A stretch of DNA of 59,649 bases from Felis catus (Eukaryota). The position numbers and the translations under genes were made by a program. The notes beneath the pieces were generated by a model. That model was not told the DNA's origin. It ran no database searches and was given only the letters and a program-made list of their open reading frames with translations. Each line of letters begins with the position of its first letter. Positions within the stretch are counted from its first letter, which is position 1. The DNA is taken from positions 1 to 59,649 of the forward strand of contig NW_025408533.1 of the NCBI RefSeq assembly GCF_018350175.1, read 5' to 3'. Positions 1 through 15,404 of this stretch are shown piece after piece.

Positions 1-2888
<2,888 letters not shown>

Positions 2889-3469
2889 CTGGGGGAGGGA
2901 CAGCCCGTCAGGGCTGCCACAGCAGAGGGCAAAGCGACCGGGGAGCTGTCGCCGGGGCGTAGGTACTCCCCCGTGCCGCTGCCCTCGGGTCCAGCTGGGT
3001 CCCCCTGGGCCCCTGGGCCCCCGGGCCCCCGGCCCAAGCCCGCAGCCATTGCGGTGTGGGAGGCGGGAGCCCGGGAGCCCCCGGCCGGAGGCCGGTCGCG
3101 CCCTCGGCGGTGTGTACCCTCCCCCAGGCTGGCAGGCACTAGGGGACTGACGGCGCCTGGGACCTACAAATGGTGAGGGAGCCAGGCCCGTCCCTTCCTT
3201 CCAGCTCCCCTAGGGGCCGTGCGGGCGCTCGGTGCTCCCTGAGGAGGACAGGCAGGGCCTGGGAGTGGCCCCTGCTCGGCATCCCGCGTCGCCCCCTCCC
3301 CCCCCCCCGGCCCCCGGGGACGGGTCCAGGCACACGCAGACCCGAGCCGTACGGGGAGCCCACAGACAGGGACAGGCACGGTGCTGTCCAGAAGCGCCTG
3401 AGCACGGCCCACGCCTCGATGCCCGGGACCCGGCGGGCGGCGGTCAGCTGGCTGCTGGCACGTGCGCCG

Positions 3470-3620
3470 CTGCTGGCGCCTGCGCAGAACACACGCTTGG
3501 GGGGAGGGGCGGGCCGGGCCGGAAACAGTCACGTGCCAGTGGCCTACAGGAGGGGATTCTGGGCATTAGCCTCCGGCCGGTTTGCGCAGGTGCGCGGGGA
3601 GCGCAGGTGACGTCACCCGC
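3470..3620. promoter_or_regulatory. CpG-island promoter between the head-to-head SLC6A8 fragment and CTAG copy 1
   Basis: NRF1-like GCGCCTGCGCA (3476-3486), GC box, ETS CCGGAA (3519), E-box TCACGTG (3529), perfect CRE TGACGTCA (3608-3615); same motif set at 21959-22071. Confidence 0.65.
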
Positions 3621-3639
3621 TTCCCGAGGGAGCCTCGTT

Positions 3640-3676
3640 AGTTCGTGCGTTCGTTCGTTCGTTCGTTCGTTCGTTC
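3640..3676 (+). repeat. (TTCG)n microsatellite in the predicted 5'UTR of CTAG copy 1
   Basis: gttcgtgcgttcgttcgttcgttcgttcgttcgttcc. Confidence 0.9.
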
Positions 3677-3713
3677 CCTCGGCGGTTCAGCCGAAGTCCA
3701 GGCCGGGGGAACC

Positions 3714-4831
3714 ATGGAGGCCACAGATCGAGGCGCAGGCGGTGGGGCCGGCGGTCCCGAGGGTCAGCGTGGCCCGGGAGACCCCGGTGTCCCAGATGGC
3801 CCCGGAGGCCACGAGGGCCCCGGCGGTGGAGGTGGTGAGGGAGAGGAGTGTGCCGCGGCCGGTGCGGCCCCGCGGGTCGCGCAGGCGCCATGTGCTCCCG
3901 TCCCGGGCGCAGCTGCCGTGCCAGGGCTTGGCGGACACCCTTTGCCGGGACCCCGTGGGCACAGCGGGCCCACAGCCGGAGGGCCGGGGAGCCAGCCGCT
4001 GCAGTTGTATCCTCTTGGCCGAGTGGCGGGTGGCCGGGGCGATGGGCCTAGAGGAGGCGACGGGGCGGGGAGCGGAGGGGAGGGGGTTCAGCCTGGGGGT
4101 CCAGGGCAAGGAGGGGAGGGGGGGACCGGGGCACCGGAGGGACCGGCCCGGGGGGCGGATGGGCCAGGGGTGGCCGGGAGGGGTGGCGGGGAGAGGCGGC
4201 CTCCTGATGGACCAGCAAGGAGGGGAGCGGACCGGAGAGGATGGAGAGGGGGGAGAGTGGCCGTGGGGAAAGCAGGCCTCGGAGTGGTCAGGACGCCTGA
4301 GGCACCGACGCGATCGGTTTTCGATGATGCCTTAACCGAATGGCTACCAGCTACGTCACCATGCCTTTCCCGTCACCCACGGAGGCACAGGTGGCCCACC
4401 AGTGTCTGGCAACACAGGGCCAGCCCCAGGTCGGGGCAGTTCGGAAGGAGTTCACGGTACTCGGCAACGTCCTAATTATGTTAGTTCCAAACGGGTCCCT
4501 CGTGGGGGGTGGTGTCAGGTCGCTAGGGCCTATCTCCTGAGGGCCGTTCTAATAGTGAATTGGAGACACCAAAGGTTAGGTCCAAAGAGGTAGGTGTGGC
4601 ACCCTGAGCCTGCGGCCACCTGAGGGGGGGCAGAGAGATAGGGGCAAGAGTGATGACATTTCATTTGGATTTTCTTTTTCCCTCACTTTTAGACGACTGA
4701 CTGCCGAAGACCCTGGCCAACTCCAGGTTTCCATCGCCTCCTGTCTTGACCAGCTTTCCCTGTTGGTTTGGACCATGCAGCGCTTCGTGCCCCCGTTTTT
4801 CACATTGCCGGAGCCAGGCAAAAGGGGCTAA
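3714..4831 (+). CDS. CTAG1B-like: Cancer/testis antigen 1 (NY-ESO-1)/LAGE3 family gene, copy 1; exons 3714-4006, 4351-4479, 4693-4831; 186 aa
   Basis: Spliced product MEATDRGAGGG..GPGSQPLQF-YVTMPFPSPTEAQVAHQCLATQGQPQVGAVRKEFTVLGNVLII-RLTAEDPGQLQVSIASCLDQLSLLVWTMQRFVPPFFTLPEPGKRG* parallels NY-ESO-1 (SRLLEFYLAMPF..KEFTVSGNILTIRLTAADHRQLQLSISSCLQQLSLLMW). Kozak ACCATGG, consistent phases, AATAAA at 4973. Confidence 0.92.
4007..4350 (+). other. U12-type (minor spliceosome) GT-AG intron
   Basis: 5' site GTATCCTC; branch box GCCTTAAC at 4329-4336 just upstream of the AG; no polypyrimidine tract. Confidence 0.85.
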
Positions 4832-5019
4832 TTGTAACCTAGCGTCCCTTCCTTCCCTAGGGCGTCCATTCCGATGCTGGTTGCCGCTTTATTACGGGGG
4901 TCTAATTGTTCGTATTGGACTTTGGGCCTTGTTTTTCCCCATTGCTGGAGGAGGGGCGTTCTTACAGCAGAAAATAAAACTATTTTTCCGCATCTGAGTG
5001 TATTTTCAGCTACAGTGTC

Positions 5020-5177
5020 AGAGCAAGGGGAGAAGGCAGAGAGAGAGAGAGAACCCAAGCAGTTCCTGCGCTGTGAGTGCAGAGCCCGACGCAGTGCTTG
5101 AACCCACCAACCGTGAGATCATGACCTGAGCCGAAACCGACTCAGGTGCTTACCTGACTGAGCCACCCAGGCGGCCC
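5020..5177 (-). mobile_element. Can-SINE (SINEC)
   Basis: Reverse-complement tRNA-derived head (gagccacccagg, gagatcatgacctgagccga) plus GA tract. Confidence 0.85.
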
Positions 5178-5351
5178 TCGTTGATTAATTTTTCAATTGG
5201 AATAGTCATATTTTACTTATTGATTGGTGAATGCTCTTTATATACAAAGATACCAAATCTTGGCCAAAGTAATTGAAAATACTTTCCTTCCTCATTGCTT
5301 CACTGAATTCTTGTTTATAGTTCTATTCTGTACTGGAGGGTTTTTAACTTT

Positions 5352-5540
5352 TTCTTGTATTTAAATATGAAGTTTATTGTCAAATTGGTTTCCATACAAC
5401 ACCCAGTGCTCATCCCGACAGGGGCCCTCCTCAATACCCATCACCCACCCTCCCCCCCATCAACCCTCAGTTTGTTCTCAGTTTTTAAGAATCTCTTATG
5501 TTTTGGCTCCCTCCCTCTCTAACCTCTTTTTTTTTTTTTA
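5352..5540 (-). mobile_element. L1 3'UTR end, felid L1_Fc type
   Basis: ttattgtcaaattggtttccatacaacacccagtgctcatccc..caaccctcagtttgttctcag; reverse complement of the element at 33900-34070. Confidence 0.85.
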
Positions 5541-6197
5541 ATGTATGCAAGTGGTACATTTTTGTCATTATGATCTTTGTAGTTTATGTCCAAGGGAAAG
5601 CCATCCCCACTGTAAAATTATAAAATTTGTCCCTCGTGCCATCTTCTAGTACTTTGAAATGTTAACACACAAGGAATTTATTGTGGTGTGAAAGATGACA
5701 TTGGTCTAATTTTGTCCCCTTCCCCCCAAGGTTCCTCAGGTGTCTCAATGTCATTTATTGACTAATCCATATGTCTCCGCTGAATTGAAATGTCGCCTTC
5801 ACCAGGGTCTAAACCTGCATCTTCATTTCTTCTTGCACATTTGTTTCTCCAGCAAATTTGGGCTAGGTGATCTGGGATGGCCTCTCTGAGGAAACGGCCC
5901 GAAGGTTACAGTAGAGAAAGTTGGGATTGGTGTGGGAGAAGGGACAGACAGAGACAGAGGAGGACAGACAGACCGACCGACAGAGAGATTTGATTGGCTC
6001 AGCTTGGATTGCCCTTCGAAGGGCGCAGGGAGAAACATGAGGACAAGAACGAGATGAAAGAGAGAGAGGCTAGGGCATCAGTGCATTAGAGGACTGTTGC
6101 ACTGGGGATACCGGAGCATTTGGGGTTTTCTTCTTTCGTTAAGAAAAACCTATTATAAATAATACTACCATGAATATTTTGTTTAAAAAGATTGTAC

Positions 6198-6326
6198 AGG
6201 GGCACCTGGGTGGCTCAGTTGGTGAAGCGTCTGACTCTTGATTTTGGCTCAGGTCATGATCTCACAGTTCTTGGCATCGAGCCCTGCATAGGGCCCTGTG
6301 CTGAGCATGGAGCCATCTTGAGATTC

Positions 6327-6363
<37 letters not shown>

Positions 6364-6430
6364 TTCTGCTTCCCCAACCCCCGCTCACGTGCATGTGTGC
6401 GCGCTCTCTCAAAAGAAATAAAAGAAATTG
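6198..6430 (+). mobile_element. Can-SINE
   Basis: ggggcacctgggtggctcagttgg head, (CT)n, A-rich tail. Confidence 0.9.
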
Positions 6431-7219
6431 AAATATATTTCTATATATGTTTAAATACACACAACCCTAGTTTCAGTGGTGATGGAGTTTTCAGGTTATT
6501 GAGTTCACGATCTTGTAGGAACTGTACATTCCCCCATGACCTACTGATCCAGGTTTCTGTAATTACGGCATATTACCTGGTTAGCGGCTGAGGGAGCATT
6601 ATTCTACTATGTAGGAGAGTGAAGGATATGGGGAGAAAGGCCCAGATGGGTGGCTGCAAAGTTGATGTCCAAAGTCGAGCACAAGTCCCATGTCCTCATG
6701 GGAGGGTAAGGTTTCTCAGCCAGGACACAAGCAGTGTTCTAAGGGACCAAGCCAGAGCTGTGCCTGGAGAAAGAGATGTAAAATGAAGAGCCAGAAGCCA
6801 GAGTCAAACCCAACTTGAAAGAGTACGTAAAGAGCAATGGTGAAATTATTTGGGTTACTCGAGTCAGAAGAAAAAGAAAGCCGGTCTTGACCTTATTCCT
6901 AAGTCAAACAGTAAACAAAGCAGGGTGCGAAATCCAGAAGCAAACAGCCACAACCACAAATAAACCAACACCAGTGTCTAATTACACAAAGGTGTTAAGC
7001 TCTGTTAGGGAAGAAAACATCATAAACAAAATGGAAAGACAAGTTAGGAAGACATTAGTAACCCAAAGGGCAAACTAAAGTGAGTATCTTCAAAACACAA
7101 GTGACCCTTAGCAAATAAATCCATAAAAGACACAAACAGCCCAGTAGAAGATTGTACAAATGACAGGACCATGGGATTCCTGGAATAAGGATTATAAACA
7201 GCCAATTTGGTACAGGGTA

Positions 7220-7845
7220 TTGTTTACCAGTGGGAGCGTCTACATAGCGTGAATGGAAGCCTCCACTCTTGGATCCCCCACGGAACGTTTCCATGAGGAT
7301 CTGCGCTCAAATAAGGACAGCCAGAAGGAAAGTAGCAAGCACAAAGCAGTTTATTAAGGACAGTGCACTCTCCAGGTGGCAGAGCGGACAGGCCCAGAGG
7401 TGTCTGGGGTTTGGGGTGTCTTTTCTCTGTATGTTTGCATAGGTTCCGGATGGGTCACAGCTAGGGGGGTCTCCCACTGAGGGTGCTTCCCATCATGTGG
7501 GCAACTCCTCCTACCGGTTGGGAGGGGGAGTTTTTCTGGCCCCGCCCACAAGGTTCTGGCCAGAAGAGTCCATGGCCATCTTCCCTTGGGCGGGGAGAGT
7601 TGAAAACAAAACGAGGTAAATCTAGTATAATGAAGCTGTAGGTTACCCTGAGGCCAAGGTTGAAGAGGAGAGCCCCTGTTCTGCACCTGTGGCCCTTGGT
7701 CTGTCAACCTGGGGGTGTTGGAAGCCATAGGACCAGGATGTTAACAGCCACAAAGTCAGGACATTGTGCCCTCAGGCTTCTAACGTGTCACCTATTTAAC
7801 ACCGCCTTTGCCTCTGGCTCATGTCTAACCAACTGCCTACTTGAT
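7220..7845. mobile_element. Possible solo LTR (family unassigned)
   Basis: LTR-like composition and termini judged by eye only. Confidence 0.35.
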
Positions 7846-8154
7846 CGGTATGATCCTATGTATGCAAACAAGCAAAAGAAAAACCGTTATAAACGCAGAT
7901 GAATATATCCTAGGAAAAAGTCTGGGAGGACGCACGTAAAACTGGTCATAATGGTTACTGCAGACACTGAGTTTATGGGAAATGTTTACTTTCTAACAAC
8001 ACACCTTTGTGTAAGGCATGAATGATTTTATAACACGCATACATTATAGTGGAAAAAAATTTAAATATCTAAGCGTTCGGAGCTGTAAGTGCACTATGAT
8101 TCCAGTTTTGCTTGCCTACTTTATATGTGTATGCACGTACATTTGGTTTTTTAA

Positions 8155-8387
8155 AAATTTTTTAAGTATATTCATTTTTTTTGAAAGACAGAGAGAGACA
8201 GAGAGACAGAGAGACAGAGCACAGCAGGGGTGGGGCGGAGAGAGAGGGGGACACAGAATCCAAAGCAAGGCTCCAGGCTCTGAGCTGTCAGCACCAGAGC
8301 CCGACGTGGGACCCGAACTCACGAACCGCAAGATCAGGACCTGAGCCGAAGTCGGACGCTCAACCGGCTGAGCCACCCAGGCGCCCG
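8155..8387 (-). mobile_element. Can-SINE
   Basis: ctgagccacccaggcgccc end with GA tract. Confidence 0.9.
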
Positions 8388-8752
8388 TGCACATACATTT
8401 GTAGTGCAAGAAGAAACCTGAAATAAACCATCAAAATGTTTACAGTGAGGTTCTCTCGCGGTGGTGAGGTTATAGAGGGCATTTTTTTCTTTTTTGGTCA
8501 CTTTGTAAGTTTCTGTAACTGCACAACCTATGCAATGACCATGTTTTACTTCCATAAATAGAAAGCAGTGTTTTAGAAAGAGGGGGGGGAAAAAAAGAGC
8601 AACAGAAATATTTGATCGTTGCTGAAAATGGGGGGAAACCTGGCACCCAAAATAGGATTCACCAAATGGATCACGTGCATGACATTTCAAACTCCTGTGT
8701 GATTGGATTCACCCCCAAAGCACTGGCATGTGCCAGCCCCACCCTGGAGAAG

Positions 8753-9338
8753 ATCTTCATGAGCTTACACACATGGGGGGAAATGCCTGGTGGGATGGTA
8801 GGCCGAAGGCCTTCCAGTGCCACCTTCATTCCAATNNNNNNNNNNNNNNNNNNNNNNNNNNNNNNNNNNNNNNNNNNNNNNNNNNNNNNNNNNNNNNNNN
8901 NNNNNNNNNNNNNNNNNNNNNNNNNNNNNNNNNNNNNNNNNNNNNNNNNNNNNNNNNNNNNNNNNNNCCAGGCAGGTGCATACCTGCGCCCAGGGCATTG
9001 GAAGGAGAACCTGACGTCGGCCGTGCTGGTTCGGGCAGTCATGTCCTCATCAATCATTACACTACGGCTGCTGAGCGCGTGTCGTGGGATGAGGGGCTCT
9101 AGAGTGTGTACGAGGGCCATGCCCCTTGCCATGTCCAATGCAAACGTCACAGCCTGGCTCTGGTCCACAGCAAAATTGGTGCCTTCGTGTAATACATTGT
9201 ACAGGGAGGGATCCATATGGCATCCAGTGTGCGACGAGGGTGGGGTGTGGAGCAGGTGGAGACTGACAGGCACCTAGCACTGGGAGCACATTCGGATGTG
9301 AGAAACTCCTGAGCCGGGGACACTCCTCGTTGATTTGA
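8753..9338 (-). pseudogene. ILK: Processed, 5'-truncated pseudogene of integrin-linked kinase (pseudokinase domain)
   Basis: Intronless [39 protein letters not shown] / [21 protein letters not shown] [N run] [28 protein letters not shown]; 4-nt insertion frameshift near 9205. Confidence 0.95.
8836..8967. other. N run, 132 nt
   Basis: Direct. Confidence 1.
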
Positions 9339-9350
9339 TGTGACCAGTGC

Positions 9351-10284
9351 CTAGGAGGCACTTTCTTTCCCGAGGGCCTTGAACAAAGCCCTCTTCACCT
9401 CCTTGTTTCGCATGCTGTAGATGACGGGGTTGAGCATGGGGGTGAGGACCACGTACAGCACAGGGAGCGCCCGGTCCCGCAAGCCAGAGCACGCAGAGCT
9501 GGGGAGGATGTAGCAGAGGACTGGAGCGATGTAGAAAATGCAGACCACGGTGGTGTGAGCACCACAGGTGGAAAAGGCTTTTCTTCGGCCGTCAGCGGAG
9601 TGAATCCTGAGAATCGCAGCCACAACACGTACACAGGAGATCGCAACCGGGGCACGGGGTGCAAGAGCCACCACGAAACTGAAGACGAACAGGGCAAGCT
9701 CGCTGGCCCACGTGCTTGAGCAAGAGAGTCTGGTCAGTGGAGGGAGGCCACAGGAGAAGTGGGTGATGAGGCGAGGCCCGCAGAACCTCAGTGGAGCTGC
9801 AAGGACGGTGTGGGCGAACGCATCGGCCAAGGCAAGCAGGCGGGAGGTGGAAGCCATTCCTGCCCGGGTCCGTCCGACGGCCCAAGAGGACTAGGTGGTG
9901 CGGTGGCCGGCCGATGGCTGCATAGCGGTCACAGGCCATGGCTGTGAGCAGGAAGCACTCCCAGGGAGCCAGGAAGTGGAGAAAGAAGATCTGGGGAAGA
10001 CAAGCACGATAGGGCACGGTCCGCACTGCTGCCAGCAGGTGTTCCAGCACCTGAGGCCCCGTGCTGGAGATATAGGCAGTGTCCAGCAGTGAGAGGTTGA
10101 CTAAGAAGTCGTACATGGGAGTGTGGAGTCGGGAGTCCATCACAGTAAGGCTGGCAATGCCCAGCCACGCTGTGGACCAGCAGAAAGATCACAAAGAGCA
10201 AGGGCCTCAACTCCTCTGCGTCGGCCAGCCCTTCCAGAAGGAACAGCGACACTCGGGTCTCATTCCCCAGCTGCCCGGAACCAT
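9351..10284 (-). pseudogene. Olfactory receptor pseudogene, class II, OR3-family-like (candidate counterpart of human Xq28 OR3B1P)
   Basis: OR motifs [53 protein letters not shown] spread over several frames (frameshifts). Confidence 0.92.
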
Positions 10285-10814
10285 GCGCAGAAACCTGCAC
10301 CTGTAGAGTCCAACTCAGAGTCAGATGAGGATCCAAGTGTGGAGTTCCAATTTGCACAAGGCAGCAGGGGTGAGGGAAGGTCCAGAGACAACAACAACAA
10401 CAAGAAAAAGAGACAGGTTTCAAGCTTAAGAAAATAAGACTCAGAATTGGGGGAGTGAGGCTAGGTTCAGGAGGCCAGCGGTAAGGTCGAGGCCAGTAGA
10501 ATGGAATCGGTAACCCCACACCAAGACAAGGTGCACAGACCTTGAAGCCACGGTGCATGCACCTCCTGCAAGGATATCAAAGTCGGTCCCTCAGAAGCTT
10601 CTACCTGAATAAGGACCCTAGACCTCGTAATTACCTGCAGTGGTCCCCTTATTTCACCCTCACCAACCCAGCAGAGCCCCAACTCAGGAGCAGTGATAGG
10701 ACACTAGTCAGGTCCCTCCTCCTCCCGCTCTGAACCTTTCAGTGCCTCCCATCTCACTCAGCGTCAAAGCCAAAGTCCCCCCGGCGACCTACCAGGCCCT
10801 CTGTGATACGCTCT

Positions 10815-10860
10815 CCCTCCTCTCCTCTCCTCTCCTCTCCTCTCCTCTCCTCTCCTCTCT
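10815..10860 (+). repeat. (TCTCC)n pentanucleotide microsatellite; one unit longer in the right arm (58344-58395)
   Basis: Direct. Confidence 0.9.
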
Positions 10861-12149
10861 GACCATCGGGCAAGAAGTCTGTCAGCTCCGTGCCCCATAT
10901 CACATCTTCGGACTGGCCCACAGCAGCAAACGCCCTTGCCTATCCCCTGCCTCGGTGGAAGAGAGCCCTGCCCTCCTATCCAAGGCTAGCTTGTCCGATT
11001 TCCCCAGCTGCTCTCTTCATTGTGCCAGCCCTGCTCGGCAACCCTTTTACATGGGAATGTGCTAAATGCCACTCGACTGTTCACTCTCAGATGGTTTATT
11101 TTATGTTATCTCGATTTTACCTCCATGAAAAAAGGAAGCAAAATAAAGACTTTTTCAGACATATAAAAGCTGAGATTAACTCGTTGTCAGCGGAAAACCT
11201 GCACTACAACAAATGTTAAAGGCTGTTCTCCACAAGCAAGGATGATAGCACGTGGGAACTTGGACCTACATGAAGTAATGAAGCGGGTTCCAGAACTGGA
11301 AAGTATGTGGGTAAATGTAAACATTTTTTTCTCCCTTCAAAATGTCTCTCAATCGTCGCAAACCATCTAAAGCAAAATTATTGACAACACGGCGTGGGGT
11401 GTGTAACTGCTATAGAAATAAAAGGTATGACAACAACAGCACAAAGGACACCAGTGGGTGGTTGGAAGGGTACTGCTGTAATGTTCTTACGTTACGTGCG
11501 AAGTGATTTGAAATTACTTGAAGGTGGTCTATAATGAGGTAAAACACATATTAGGATCCCTAGAACCCTAGGGTTAATATGTACACTTCTCTGGCGGAGA
11601 TAAAGTGAATTTCTAGAAATTACTCAATCTGAAAGGAGTCGCGAAAAGACAGAGAGGGGAACGCAGAACACATGGGGCAAACAGAAAATAAATAGCAGGA
11701 TGGTAGATGGAAACTCAACGATACCCCTCGTTACATTTATTCTAAATGGTCTAAACGTGGCAACTAAAACACGGAGATTGCCAGACTGGATAAAAAGGCA
11801 AAGCAAAACTATATGCTACGCGTAAGAAATGTGCTCTATGAAGACACAGATACGGTAAAAGTAAAAAGATGGGCAAAGATACACCATGCAAGTCTTCTAA
11901 TAAGAAAGTTTGAGTAGCTATATTAAGAGCAGGCAGAACAGACTTCAGGACAAGGAATACGATGGGGTGGAGGACGTTTGCTAACGATAGAGGGGTCACT
12001 TTGTGAAGAAGACATAAAATCAAAACCTAAATACACAGTAGGAAAGAAATAATGAAGCTAAGAGGAGATATGAATAAAACGTTAAATGGACAAACAATAG
12101 AGGAAAATCCATGAAGCGGAAAGCCTTTTTTTCCTTTCTTTCTTTTCTG

Positions 12150-12830
12150 TTTTAATGTTTATTTTTGACACAGAGAGAGACAGGGAGCGAGTGGGGGAGG
12201 AGCAAAGAGAGAGGGGGGACACAGAATCCGCAACAGGCTCCAGGCTCCAGGCTCTGAGCCGGCAGCACAGAGTCCGATGCGGGGCTCGAACCGACGGACG
12301 GACCGTGAGATCATGACCTGAGCCGAAGTCAGACCTTTAACCGACTGAGCCACTCAGGCGCCCTCTCCCCCACTTTTTAAAGGTTTTATTCATTTTTGAG
12401 AGAGTGCATGTGGGGGAGGGGCAGGGAGAGGGGGACAGAGGATCTGAAGTGAACTGCGCTGACAGCAGCGAGCCCCATGTGGGGCCTGAACTCACCAACT
12501 GCCAGATCGTGACCTGAGCCAAAGTCGGACGCTCAACCGACTGAGCCACCCAGGTGTCCCTGAAAGCTTCTTTAAAACAAACAAACAAACAAACAAACAA
12601 ACAAAAAACATACCAGGGGCGCCTGGGTGGCTCAGTCGGTTGAGCGACCGACTTCGGCTCAGGTCATGATCTCGCGGTCCGTGAGTTCGAGCCCCGCGTC
12701 GGGCTCTGTGCTGACAGCTCAGAGCCTGGATCCTGTTTCAGATTCTGTGTCTCCCTCTCTCTGACCCTCCCCCGTTCATTCATGCTCTGTCTCTCTCTGT
12801 CGCAAAAATAAATACATGTTAAAAAAATGT
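12150..12830. mobile_element. Cluster of three Can-SINEs: ~12150-12363 (-), ~12375-12560 (-), 12616-12830 (+)
   Basis: Three SINE heads and tails, with (AAAC)n between. Confidence 0.9.
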
Positions 12831-13964
12831 TTTTCTAAAAATACCAATAAAGCTGATTTTGAAAAATAAAGTGTAACCAGGGAATATTAGGAACAATATT
12901 TGTGGGTAAGTTTCCCAATTTAGATGAAATGGACAAATTCCTTGAATGACACAACTTACCAAAACTGACTCAAGAAGAAATAGAAGACCCGAATATCTAT
13001 GAAAGCAATGGAGCCGAAAACTCCAGGCCCCCGTGGCTTTACTAGTGGCTACCTCCAAATACTTAAAGGAGAACTATCACCAATCCTACGCAAATGCTTT
13101 CAGGAAGCAAAGGAGGAGAAACATTTCCCAAATCATCTTATGAGGCCAGCATTACACAACCCCAAAACCAGATGAAGACATTGCAAGAAAAGAAAACCAC
13201 AGGGCAATATCCTTCAGGAAGTCACACACACAAAAGAACTTGATTCGATATTAGCAAATTCAACCCAGCAACATACAAAGAGGATGATACCATCATGGCC
13301 AAGTGGGGTTTATCCCAAGAATTGGTTTTCATTAAAAACAAAAAAGTCAATCAGTGTCATCTGTCATATTAAGAAAATAAAGGAGAAAAAACATGTGATC
13401 ATTTCAACAGACACAGAAAAAAAGCATCAGACAATATCCAACAACCACTCGTGACAAAAACTCTCGGAAAACTAGGACTAGAGGGAAACGTTCTTAATCT
13501 GATAAAGGGAACCTACAAAAATCCTACAGCTAACATGATACTTAATGGTGAAAGATAGAATCACCGCCCCCGCTCCCTCGCCCGCAAAGTTTGAGAAACA
13601 AGGTATGGATGTTCACCACTTCCATTCAACACTGTCCTGGAAATCCTAGGCAGTGCACTAGGCAAGAAAGAGGAATAAAAGTAGTGACACAGATTGCAAA
13701 AAAAGAAAAGGGATTATCTTTATTCAGAGATGACATGCTTGTTTACGTAGAAACCCCTAAGTGATGTACAAAAAAAAGAAGAGTGACATTTTAAAAAATC
13801 ACTACCATTTATAATAGCATCCCCAAACATGAAGTATTTGGGGACACATGTAATAACATATGTGCAAAACCTTTACGGTGAACACTAAAACCTATTGATA
13901 AGTGAAAGAAAGCTTACAAAAATGGAGAAACGCATCCTATGCGTGGAGCGGAAGATCCTGTATT

Positions 13965-14066
13965 CTTTTTTCTTTTAGCGTTTATTTATTTATTTTGGAA
14001 GAGACAGAGAGAGCATGAGCAGGGGAGGGGCAGAGAGAGAGAGAGGGAGCGAGAGAGGGAGGGAGG

Positions 14067-14102
<36 letters not shown>

Positions 14103-14229
14103 CCCAAGCAGGCTCGGAGCTGTCAGTGCACACCCCGACTCTGGGCCCGGTCTCACAAACCGTGAGATCATGACCTGAGCCGTAATCAAGAGTCAGACGC
14201 TTAATCGACTGAGCCACCCAGGTGCCCCA
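13965..14229 (-). mobile_element. Can-SINE
   Basis: Head, (GA)n tract, flanking repeat cctgtattctt. Confidence 0.9.
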
Positions 14230-15404
14230 AGGCCCTGTATTCTTAAGATGTACACTCCCACCACACCATTCTAGAAATTCATTGCAAACCCAGTAAAAAT
14301 CGTGATAACGCAGAAATGGACAAGCTGATTCCAAAGTGTATATCCAAATGCAAAGAACCTGGAATAGGCAGCTCGAACTTGCAAAAGAGGAATAAAGTCG
14401 GGAGACACAGGATGACTAAAAGAGGATACAGACACAATGGAAAGTTCACATGTCACTGGTGGGACTGTAAATTGGTATGATCACATCGGAAAACAGTGCT
14501 TCCGTTTCTTATACAGTCACACTTACGCTTACCATGTGACCCAGAAATCCCACTTCTGCTAGTTACACAAGGGAATTAAAAATATATGTGTGTGCAAAGA
14601 CTTGTACGTGAATCTTCGTATCAACTTGATTAACGATAACCGCAGTTTGGAAACAAGCCAAACGTCCAATAGCAGGTGAGTGGTTAAGCCTAAGTTACGG
14701 TACATCCACGCAATGGAATACCGGTCAGCAACAAAGAAGGATGGACATACTGTGTGATTCCTGGAAATTCCAGAAAAGGCAAAATCTAAGCTGAATTTGC
14801 TGTGTGGGGGCAGACTGTAGAGGAGGACATTGTCTGCACGGAGGCACAAGGGCGACTGTGAGAGCGATGGGAATGTTCTGTATCTCGGCTTTGGCTGTGG
14901 ACACCTTTGTCGTAACTCATGAAACCGTACGCTTAAATGTGTGCAACTTCCCATACGTGCATTTTGCCTCAAATAAGCTGAGCAAAAACAAAAAAAGAGA
15001 GGGGACAAACAAAAACTGAATAGCAAAATGGCAGACTTACATCCGACCATATCGGTAATCGTATTAAATGTGAATTTGCCAAGCAGTCCAATTTAAAAGC
15101 AGACATCGTTAGAAGGGTGCTTTCTTTAAGTGACCAAACTACACGCTGTCTACGTGAGCCACATTCAAGATACAAAGACACCAATAGGTTACAAGTAAGA
15201 GGATGGAAAAGGACTTACGAATAAATAGTGAGCAAAGAAGCCTGATGTGGTTATATCGATATTAGAGAAATCAGACTTCGAGGAAAACTGTGTTACCAAA
15301 GATGAAGGGATGCGTTTCATACTAGTAACAGCAGCAATGAATCCATCTGGAAGAGAAAATGATCATAAATATGTCTGTGCCTAATGACACACCTTCAAAA
15401 TGCA

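Noticed and set aside
3232-4475. 367-aa and 276-aa unspliced ORFs, likewise 21946-22899, 30859-31992 and 31210-32172
   Set aside because: Read-through of GC-rich exon 1 and intron 1, or antisense shadows of the spliced CTAG/LAGE3 genes.
6198-6270. tRNA genes
   Set aside because: tRNA-like heads belong to Can-SINEs.
9351-10284. Intact olfactory receptor
   Set aside because: Multiple frameshifts that are identical in both arms, so not sequencing error.
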